32,466 nucleotides of DNA from an uncultured Clostridia bacterium. Its GTDB lineage: Bacteria; Bacillota; Clostridia; Christensenellales; Aristaeellaceae. Of the stretch, positions 1 through 7,481 are shown one piece after another. Below the pieces are notes generated by a model, which was not told the DNA's origin, did not search any database, and saw nothing but the letters and a program-made list of their open reading frames with translations. The stretch covers positions 1 through 32,466 of the forward strand of contig CAMNCR010000189.1 of NCBI GenBank assembly GCA_946534455.1, written 5' to 3'. Position 1 is the stretch's first letter; each line of letters opens with the position of its first letter. Position numbers and translations under genes: made by a program.

Positions 1-438
1 CTGACGGCGTTCATCCCCATGCTGATGGATACGGGCGGCAACTCCGGCTCCCAGTCCTCGGTGACGGTCATCCGCGCCATTTCCCTGAACGAGCTGACCT
101 TTGGCGACCTGCCGAAGGTGATCTGGAAGGAGGTCCGGACGGCGGCGCTGTGCGGCATCTGCCTGTCGATGCTGTGCTTCGGCAAGATTATGCTGGTGGA
201 CCGTCTGCTGCTGGGCAAAGAAGAGATTACGGCCCTGGTGGCGGCGGTGGTCTGCCTGACGATGGCGGTGACGGTGCTGTGCGCGAAAATCGTGGGCTGC
301 ACGCTGCCGATGCTGGCCAAGAAGCTGGGCTTTGATCCGGCGGTGATGGCGAGCCCGTTTATTACGACGATTGTGGACGCGCTGTCCCTGCTGGTCTATT
401 TCGGCATTGCCTGCGCACTGCTGCCGGGACTGGCCTGA
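1..438 (+). CDS. mgtE: Magnesium transporter MgtE, C-terminal membrane domain (5' truncated by the window)
   Basis: Frame is open from base 1. It has the MgtE motifs PMLMDTGGNSGSQS, KEVR, and DPAVMASPFITTIVD. Confidence 0.93.
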   Translation: MTAFIPMLMDTGGNSGSQSSVTVIRAISLNELTFGDLPKVIWKEVRTAALCGICLSMLCFGKIMLVDRLLLGKEEITALVAAVVCLTMAVTVLCAKIVGCTLPMLAKKLGFDPAVMASPFITTIVDALSLLVYFGIACALLPGLA

Positions 439-459
439 GACACGGACTGTGAGCGAAAG

Positions 460-491
460 ACAACAGGCTGAGCGATGGCTCAGCCTGTTGT
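460..491. terminator. Perfect 14-bp stem-loop between mgtE and the flippase gene (terminator or mRNA-stabilising hairpin)
   Basis: ACAACAGGCTGAGC-gatg-GCTCAGCCTGTTGT; no clear U-tract follows. Confidence 0.55.
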
Positions 492-516
492 GCCCCGCGG
501 GGCGGAGGACGGACGA

Positions 517-1956
517 ATGAGCACGAGAAAAAACGCGATGTACAATGTGGGCTATCGCCTGTTTTCCGTGCTGCTTCCGCTGGTGACGGCCCCCTATCTG
601 TCCCGCACGGTGGGGACGGACGGCGTGGGGCTGTATTCCTACGCCTGGAGCATCTCCTACGTCTTTGTGCTGGTGGGCATGCTGGGGCTCAATGATTACG
701 GCGTGCGCGCGATCGCGCAGATCCGGGACGACCGCAAGGCGCTGGACAGAACCTTTTCCGCCATCTGGCAGATGCAGCTGCTGGTGGCCGGAGTGACGCT
801 GCTGGCCTGGTTCGGCTACGTGTTCTGGATCGCGGAGGAGGAGCGGCTGATCGCGCTGCATCTGACGATGATGAGCGTCAGCTGCCTGGTGAGCTTTGAC
901 TGGTGTCTGATGGGGCTGGACATCTTCCGGCCCATCGCGCTGCGCAATACCTTCGTCAAAAGCCTGGCGGCGGTCTGCGTGTTCCTTTTCGTGCGGAGCC
1001 GGGAGGACCTGTGGATCTACGCGCTGGTCTGGAGCGCGGCGACGCTCCTGGGCAATCTGAGCTGCGTTGTGTCCCTGCGGGGCCGGGTGACCTATCGCCC
1101 GGTGCCCTTCCGGGAGAGCCTGAAGCATCTGAAGCCCTGCGCGGTGCTGTTTATTTCCGTGCTGGCGGTGAACATCTACCGGACCATGGACAAGGTCATG
1201 GTCAGCGCCATTGCGGGTGTGGATGAAAACGGCCTGTATGAGAACGCGGAAAAGATCATCTACTGCCTGAGCGGCTTCATCTCCGCCATCGGTACGGTGA
1301 TGATGCCCAAGGTTGCGCATATGCAGCAGCGGGGGGAGACGGAGCGAATTCGGCGGCACATTCTCCGGAGCATGGATCTGATTCTGTGCATGGTCAGCGC
1401 GCTGGCCTTCGGCGTGGCGGCGGTGGCGGACCGCTTCGCGCCGCTGTTCTACGGGGAGGCCTTCGCCTATTCGGGCGTGCTGATGGCGCCGCTGGCCTTC
1501 ACGCTGATCATGATCGGATTCGCCAATGTGATCCGGACGCAGGTGGTGCTGCCGCAGAAGCGGGATTCCATCTTTGTCCGGAGCGTCTGCGCCGGCGCCG
1601 TGGTGAACCTGCTGGCCAACAGCCTGCTGATTCCCGGCCTGAAAAGCATGGGGGCGGTGGTGGGCACGCTGCTGGCGGAGCTGACGGTGCCGGTGGTGCA
1701 GTACCTGATCCTGCGCAGGGAGCTGCCCTATGGCCGCTTTCTCCGCTTCGCGGCGATCTACGGAGCCTTTGGCGCGGTGATGCTGGTGTGCGTCCGGGGC
1801 GTGGGCGCGCTGCTTCCGATGGAGGGCTGGCCCGCTCTGGCGGTGCAGGTGGCCGCGGGCATCCTGGTCTATGGCGGGCTGTGCCTGGTGTACTGGAAGC
1901 GGACGGGAACGGAGCTTCCGCTGCGCCGGGGCACCCGGAAACGGACAGAAGAATAA
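517..1956 (+). CDS. Wzx-type oligosaccharide/polysaccharide flippase (MOP superfamily)
   Basis: N-terminus KNAMYNVGYRLFSVLLPLVTAPYLSRTVG..G.YSY and internal IYRTMDKVM...GLY..AEK, with about 12-14 hydrophobic segments. GGAGG at 504-508 favours ATG 517 over 475. Confidence 0.88.
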   Translation: MSTRKNAMYNVGYRLFSVLLPLVTAPYLSRTVGTDGVGLYSYAWSISYVFVLVGMLGLNDYGVRAIAQIRDDRKALDRTFSAIWQMQLLVAGVTLLAWFGYVFWIAEEERLIALHLTMMSVSCLVSFDWCLMGLDIFRPIALRNTFVKSLAAVCVFLFVRSREDLWIYALVWSAATLLGNLSCVVSLRGRVTYRPVPFRESLKHLKPCAVLFISVLAVNIYRTMDKVMVSAIAGVDENGLYENAEKIIYCLSGFISAIGTVMMPKVAHMQQRGETERIRRHILRSMDLILCMVSALAFGVAAVADRFAPLFYGEAFAYSGVLMAPLAFTLIMIGFANVIRTQVVLPQKRDSIFVRSVCAGAVVNLLANSLLIPGLKSMGAVVGTLLAELTVPVVQYLILRRELPYGRFLRFAAIYGAFGAVMLVCVRGVGALLPMEGWPALAVQVAAGILVYGGLCLVYWKRTGTELPLRRGTRKRTEE

Positions 1957-1959
1957 AAC

Positions 1960-1988
1960 GCAATCCCCCCGCGCCGCGGGGGGATTGC
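1960..1988. terminator. Hairpin between convergent genes (likely terminator)
   Basis: GCAATCCCCCCGC-gcc-GCGGGGGGATTGC, preceded by an A-rich run that forms a U-tail on the minus strand. Confidence 0.7.
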
Positions 1989-2012
1989 CGTACAGGCGTA
2001 AAGCGAGAAACG

Positions 2013-3782
2013 TCAGACGGGACGATACAGCTCGAATTCACCGGGCATGGCGCGCGTCTCGAAGACGGTTTCGCCGTTTTTCCGGTACAGCGGGCAAAGC
2101 ACCCGGGCTTTTCCGGTGCGGGGATCCTGCCTCAGGGGCATTTCCAGGCCCTCACACTCTCCCTGCACATGGATGCGGATGGCGCCGGGCTGCGACGCGG
2201 AGGTCGCATAGGGATAGACGACGAAGGCGCCGTTGTCATAGGTGAACAGGCTGATGCCCGCGCCGCATTCGAGATACACCCCCTGGGAGGGGAATTCCCG
2301 GCGGAGGCGGGTCAGGCAGGCCTCCGGCAGCTTGTAGAGATCCGGGAAGCGGTCCGGAACGGCGAGCGTCAGCATCTGGCCCTTTCCGTAGGTATCCCGC
2401 AGCAGCACGCCGTAGCTTTCCTCCGTGTCGGCGACCTTCACCAGGGCCCAGGCGGAGTTGTTCCGGAACTCGCAGACCGGAATGCCGATTTCCTCCCGGC
2501 CCTGCGGGAATTCCAGAGCCGGACGGGGATCCGCGGTTTCGACCCGATAGTTCCGGCCCTGCACGCGGCGGCCCGTGAAGCGGATGGAGGTCATGCGCGG
2601 CATGCCGCGGGACATGGCGGCTTCCAGGAAGCCGCTGGTCACCAGCGCCCGGCCGCCCTCCGCCACATACTTTTCCAGCTTCTCCACAATGTCCGGATCG
2701 CAGGCGGAGGAGCGGGTCAGCAGGATGGACGGGGCGGATTCCGGCCAGTAGGGCGTGCAGACCACGGGAAGGCCGCACATCCCCAGGAAGTCCTGCACGT
2801 TATCCTCGCCCTGACAGTTATCCGGCAGATAGCACACGGTGCCGACGGGCTGCCCGCAGTGATCCAGCAGCGCATCCAGCCTGTCCAGCTGATAGCCCAG
2901 CGGCGGGACGAAGCGATTGTCCGTCAGGGCCTGGAAGCAGAACATCATCAGCTCCTTCGGACGGGAGAAGGCGGTCAGATAGACCTGCTCCAGATACTGC
3001 TCGGTGATGTGCAGATCGAAGGGGTCGAACCATCCGCCGCCGTTGTGGCCGGGCCACATGCTTTCAAAATAGGTCATGAGGGAAAAGCTCAGATAGCGGG
3101 GAAGGTGCTGATCCGTGGTCACGGTATCCCGCGCCTCGGTCCCTGTATAAATCCGGTCGAACAGCCTGCGCTGCGCGGCGGGGTTATAGCCCGTTTCCTG
3201 ATAGCTTTCCGCCCAGTTGGGGTACTTGATGGTAATCTGGCAGCGGGGGTTGGCGGCCTTGGCGGGGGCGATGATGTCCTCCCGGCTGACCTTCTCCATC
3301 AGGGCGAGGCGGTAGGCCTGCCAGCTGCCGTCCGTGATGCCGTGGGCGCGGTTATAGTCGTCCCGTCCCGCCCGGCAGGCGTCGCAGGTGCAGTTGGTGA
3401 AGAAAAAGTCATCAATAATAAACTCGTCAAAGTGCGCGCCGGTGAAGGCGCTCGCCTCGCGCAGGCGGGAAAGCATGGTTTCGTCATTGTAGCAGAAGGT
3501 GTCGAACAGGCGCTGCTTGGGCGCCTCGCCCTCCGGGGTGGGAATGGTGGTGGTCAGGCCGCCGGCTACCTCGACCCCGTGCTTTTCAAACAGCTCCCGG
3601 CACAGGGCGACGTGGGCCTCATCCGCCAGGACGCCGCCGCGGAAGGGCTCCAGATACACCTTATCCGGCCGGAGATAGCGCTCGAAGAACTGGATATCCT
3701 TCTCCAGCTTCTCCCTTTCGGCGTGCGCGGTCGCCTGCGCGACAAAATAATAGACCAGCGTGAAGTTACGATAGTGTCCCAA
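2013..3782 (-). CDS. Uncharacterised cytoplasmic protein, probable glycoside hydrolase (TIM-barrel plus GH42-like accessory domains)
   Basis: 589 aa with no signal peptide or TM segment. Motifs FCY, FIIDDFFFTNCTCDAC (Cys cluster reminiscent of GH42-type enzymes), YTGTEARD and GGGWFDP. TTG start with AAAGGGG RBS. The ORF is solid; the function is tentative. Confidence 0.6.
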   Translation of the reverse strand: MGHYRNFTLVYYFVAQATAHAEREKLEKDIQFFERYLRPDKVYLEPFRGGVLADEAHVALCRELFEKHGVEVAGGLTTTIPTPEGEAPKQRLFDTFCYNDETMLSRLREASAFTGAHFDEFIIDDFFFTNCTCDACRAGRDDYNRAHGITDGSWQAYRLALMEKVSREDIIAPAKAANPRCQITIKYPNWAESYQETGYNPAAQRRLFDRIYTGTEARDTVTTDQHLPRYLSFSLMTYFESMWPGHNGGGWFDPFDLHITEQYLEQVYLTAFSRPKELMMFCFQALTDNRFVPPLGYQLDRLDALLDHCGQPVGTVCYLPDNCQGEDNVQDFLGMCGLPVVCTPYWPESAPSILLTRSSACDPDIVEKLEKYVAEGGRALVTSGFLEAAMSRGMPRMTSIRFTGRRVQGRNYRVETADPRPALEFPQGREEIGIPVCEFRNNSAWALVKVADTEESYGVLLRDTYGKGQMLTLAVPDRFPDLYKLPEACLTRLRREFPSQGVYLECGAGISLFTYDNGAFVVYPYATSASQPGAIRIHVQGECEGLEMPLRQDPRTGKARVLCPLYRKNGETVFETRAMPGEFELYRPV

Positions 3783-3825
3783 ACCGAACGCCCCTTTCTA
3801 CAAGAATAACGGAAGGATTGAGGGC

Positions 3826-3854
3826 ATTATACAGGGCTCCGGAGGGGAAAGCAA
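3826..3854 (-). promoter_or_regulatory. SigA-type promoter for the GH-like gene
   Basis: Minus strand TTGCTT (3854-3849), 17-bp spacer, TATAAT (3831-3826). Confidence 0.65.
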
Positions 3855-3971
3855 TGCCGGAAAGAGGGCTTTTTTCAGAAAAAGCAAGGGTCCGGCAGAA
3901 AAAGGGAGCAAAGGGGAAATCACGAAGCAGACGGGAACGGACGGAAAAGCGCATTCTACCGAAAAAGAAAT

Positions 3972-4000
3972 TTGCAAAGTTTGCCTGAATATGATAGTAT
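3972..4000 (+). promoter_or_regulatory. SigA-type promoter for the Opp-type operon
   Basis: TTGCAA (3972-3977), 17-bp spacer, extended -10 TGaTAGTAT (3995-4000 hexamer). Confidence 0.55.
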
Positions 4001-4117
4001 AAGCAATAAGTTTTCTGTGCCGGAGGGAGTCTCCCGGCGCTCTCAGCTTGCGGACAATGGCTTACGCCGTTGGTCTCAGCCTTTTAGGCTGTAAATATTT
4101 TTTAAGGAGGAGTTCCC

Positions 4118-6328
4118 ATGAAGAAACTGTTGGCTCTGCTCATGACGCTGGCTATGCTTCTCTCGGCGTGCGGTCTCGCGCTGGCCGATGTAGATGCGGC
4201 GAACGTTCCGGATCAGCCTGAATTTCAGGTCATGACCCTGGGCAACTACAAGTATGGCGAGGATTACACCTCTCTGTACGACAAGGTCGGTAAGGACATC
4301 ACCATTGCCGATGTGCATGAAGACGAGGAAACCGGCTTCGGATACATCACCGTGGATGGTGAGGAGAAGCTGCTGGGCCTGGACTTCCTGACCATGGCGA
4401 TGGTTTATAATACCCAGCCTGCCGGCGACTATGAGACGGAAGACGACGTCTACGCCGCCTGGTGGAAACTGTACATCACCCGCTGGAATTATCTGCTGCC
4501 CGAAGTGCCGCTGTACAGCAACGAATACTATGATCTGTACAACGCCGAGATCAAGGGCGTGCAGGAGCATCCCACCAACCCCTTCTGGGGCCCCGCTCGC
4601 GCTGTGATCGACTGGACCTCCGAAAAGGCGGACAACTCCATCATCCTGGGGTCCTCCACCGAGCTGTCCGGTCAGTTCCGGTACGCTGCCTTCGGTAAGT
4701 CCTCTCCCGGATCCTCCGATAACGATATCGAAGGCCTGACCACCGGTCTGGAAACCGTCGCCACCACCAAGGAGGGCGGCTACGAGTGGAACGATACCGT
4801 CGTTGAGTCCCATGAGGAGACTGAAAACGAGGATGGTTCCCTGACCTACACCATCAAGATCAAGGACGATCTGAAGTTCTCCGACGGCAGCCCCGTGACC
4901 GCGAAGGACTATGTGGCCTACACCATGGCCAGCCTGTCCCCCGTGTTCACCGAGGCGGCTTCCCGCGAGACCTCCGGTCTGACGATCGCCGGCTGGAAGG
5001 ATGCCTATCAGCTGTACACCGGTCCCGACAGCGAAGCGGGCACCAAGGAGCTGTCCGGTCTGCGTCTGCTGGATGACTACACCTTCGCGGTGACCATCCC
5101 CGCGGATTACGCGAACTACTTCTACAAGATCACCTACGGCGGCTTCTCCGCGAATTACGCGGCGGCCTGGCTGGGCGAGGGCGTTGAAGTGAAGGACGAC
5201 GGCAATGGCTGCTACCTGTCTGACGAGTTCTATGCCAAGGACGAGGAAGGCAAGTACATCCAGGCTGCGAAGATCAACAAGCTGTGCACCGACATCAGCG
5301 AGGAGAACTACGCGAGCTATCCCTGGTCCGGTCCGTATGCTGTGAAGTCCTTTGACAACACCGACTCCACCGCGACCCTGGTTCGGAACGAGTACTTCAA
5401 GGGCAACTACGAAGGCGCTGTTCCGCACATCGACACCATCATCTACAAGCGCACCGTTTCCGCCACCCAGATTGAAGACTTCAAGGCGGGCGGCCTGGAT
5501 GTCATCGCGGCCATCACCGGCGGCGCCGACACCGACAACGCGCTGAAGCTGGCGGACGAATCCGAAGGCAAGTATGTTTACACCCACTACAGCCGTGCCG
5601 GCTACGGCAAGCTGGGCTTCCGCGCCGACTACGGTCCCGCGCAGTTCACCTCCGTGCGTCAGGCCATCGCGCTGTGCATGGATCGCGCGCAGTTCGCCAA
5701 GGACTTCACCGGCGGCTACGGCGGCGTGGTTGACGGACCGTACTACACCGGTTCCTGGATGTACAAGGCCGCTGTGGATCAGGGTCTGATGCTGGACAGC
5801 TATGCGACCTCCGCGGACGCGGCGATCGACGTGCTGGAAGCGGACGGCTGGGTCTGGAACGCTGACGGTACCGAGTACTCCGGCGAGGGCGTTCGCTACA
5901 AGGCGATCCCCGCGGATCAGATCAACGAGAATGACAAGATTTACCAGTCCGTGGACGGCACCTACAAGACCGTTGAAGTCAACGGCGTGTATCTGATGCC
6001 CCTGGTGATCAACTGGTACGGCACCGCTGACAACGAGTTCACCGATCTGCTGCAGACCGGTCTGAAGGAAAATGAGAACGTAGCCAAGGCCGGTATGGTC
6101 GTGTACAACACCATCGGCGACTTCGCTCCCATGCTGGACGAGCTCTATCAGCAGGCTGTGTACGGCTTCTATGCCGGCACGCCCATGTACTGCGCATTCA
6201 ACTTCGCCACCGGCTTCAACTCCGCGGCGTATGACTATGCGTTCAACATGACCATTGATCCCGCGATGTATGATGACTATTCTTCCTACTACATCAAGGA
6301 CTACGCCGACATCTGCTGGCTGAAGTAA
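4118..6328 (+). CDS. ABC transporter substrate-binding protein, family 5 (OppA/DppA-like), apparently circularly permuted
   Basis: AAGGAGG RBS and signal peptide. Family-5 signature TYTIKIKDDLKFSDGSPVTAKD, then SGPY, VRNEYFKG and VRQAIALCMDR. First gene of an oppBCDF-type operon. Confidence 0.92.
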   Translation: MKKLLALLMTLAMLLSACGLALADVDAANVPDQPEFQVMTLGNYKYGEDYTSLYDKVGKDITIADVHEDEETGFGYITVDGEEKLLGLDFLTMAMVYNTQPAGDYETEDDVYAAWWKLYITRWNYLLPEVPLYSNEYYDLYNAEIKGVQEHPTNPFWGPARAVIDWTSEKADNSIILGSSTELSGQFRYAAFGKSSPGSSDNDIEGLTTGLETVATTKEGGYEWNDTVVESHEETENEDGSLTYTIKIKDDLKFSDGSPVTAKDYVAYTMASLSPVFTEAASRETSGLTIAGWKDAYQLYTGPDSEAGTKELSGLRLLDDYTFAVTIPADYANYFYKITYGGFSANYAAAWLGEGVEVKDDGNGCYLSDEFYAKDEEGKYIQAAKINKLCTDISEENYASYPWSGPYAVKSFDNTDSTATLVRNEYFKGNYEGAVPHIDTIIYKRTVSATQIEDFKAGGLDVIAAITGGADTDNALKLADESEGKYVYTHYSRAGYGKLGFRADYGPAQFTSVRQAIALCMDRAQFAKDFTGGYGGVVDGPYYTGSWMYKAAVDQGLMLDSYATSADAAIDVLEADGWVWNADGTEYSGEGVRYKAIPADQINENDKIYQSVDGTYKTVEVNGVYLMPLVINWYGTADNEFTDLLQTGLKENENVAKAGMVVYNTIGDFAPMLDELYQQAVYGFYAGTPMYCAFNFATGFNSAAYDYAFNMTIDPAMYDDYSSYYIKDYADICWLK

Positions 6329-6345
6329 TGGTTCCGTAAAGCGCG

Positions 6346-6376
6346 TGCATCCGGCGGCGTTTTGCCGCCGGATGCA
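6346..6376 (+). terminator. Stem-loop after the binding-protein gene (partial terminator or mRNA stabiliser)
   Basis: TGCATCCGGCGGC-gtttt-GCCGCCGGATGCA followed by TTTATT. Confidence 0.7.
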
Positions 6377-6425
6377 TTTATTCTCGTTCTGCTGATTTGA
6401 TCTCTCAATGTAAGGAGCGCTCTCC

Positions 6426-7466
6426 ATGGCAAGATATATCGTGAAAAGGCTGGTCTACATGTTTCTCGTCTTCTTTCTGCTGACGTTCATTCTGTTCGTG
6501 CTGTATCATCTGATGCCGGCGAACCGGGCGTACACCGACGCGAGAACCGAGATTCAGACCATGAAAAAGCTGTCGGAGGAAGAAAAGGCCACCAAGTTTG
6601 ATGAGCTGTATCTGAAATACCAGCGCCTGTACGGTACCGACACGGATAACAATCTGATTCTGTACCTGCGCTGGCTGGGACTGTATCCGTACTATGACGG
6701 ACATTACTCCGGCATTTTTCAGGGGGACTTCGGCTTTTCCTACGACTATAACCTGCCTGTCGTGGAAGTGGTTCCCGTGCACATGCGCAATTCCTTCCTC
6801 ATCGGCATCATCACGGAAATCGCGGTGCTGGCCATCACGATTCCGCTGGGCATCAAATGCGCGGTGAAGAAAAACAGCCGGTTTGACCGGTTTACGCAGT
6901 TCTTCACGCTGATCGGCTTTTCGACGCCGAGCTTCATTATTTATATCGTCTTCATTGTTTTCTTCTGCTCCATTCTGCACTGGTTCCCCGTTTCAGGCAT
7001 GAAATCGCCGGGAACCAACTATACCGGATGGCGGAATGTGCTGGATGTGCTTCATCACGTCACCCTGCCCACCATCTGCCTGACCTTCGGGTCCCTGGCC
7101 TCCATCACCCGCATTACCCGGGCGTCCATGATTGACGCCCTGAGTCTGGACTGCATCCGGACCGCGCGGGCCAAGGGGCTCAGCGAAAAAGTCGTCATTT
7201 ACAGCCATGCCTGGCGCAACGCCCTGGTCCCGATGGTTTCGATCATCGTCGGCGGGTTCTTCGGAACCATTTCCGGCGCCATGATTCTGGAACAGATGTT
7301 CGGCTTCAAGGGCATGGGCCTGCTCTTCCTGAGCGCCATGCGGACGGCTGACTACGATATGATCATGTTCCTGGAAGTGATATATACCTTCATCGGGCTG
7401 TTCTCCAACCTGGTGACTGACCTGTGCTACGGTCTGGTGGATCCGCGGGTCCGCATCAGCAAGTAA
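6426..7466 (+). CDS. oppB: Oligopeptide/dipeptide-type ABC permease (OppB/DppB)
   Basis: MARYIVKR start, GDFGFS, EAA-loop RTARAKGLSEKVVIYSHAWRNA, C-terminal DLCYGLVDPRVR. Confidence 0.9.
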   Translation: MARYIVKRLVYMFLVFFLLTFILFVLYHLMPANRAYTDARTEIQTMKKLSEEEKATKFDELYLKYQRLYGTDTDNNLILYLRWLGLYPYYDGHYSGIFQGDFGFSYDYNLPVVEVVPVHMRNSFLIGIITEIAVLAITIPLGIKCAVKKNSRFDRFTQFFTLIGFSTPSFIIYIVFIVFFCSILHWFPVSGMKSPGTNYTGWRNVLDVLHHVTLPTICLTFGSLASITRITRASMIDALSLDCIRTARAKGLSEKVVIYSHAWRNALVPMVSIIVGGFFGTISGAMILEQMFGFKGMGLLFLSAMRTADYDMIMFLEVIYTFIGLFSNLVTDLCYGLVDPRVRISK

Positions 7467-7481
7467 GGAGGAAAGAAGCAG

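Noticed and set aside
1386-3809. 807-aa plus-strand ORF
   Set aside because: It overlaps the flippase out of frame and is antisense to the GH-like gene. Its composition is that of a high-GC shadow ORF, with no recognisable motifs.
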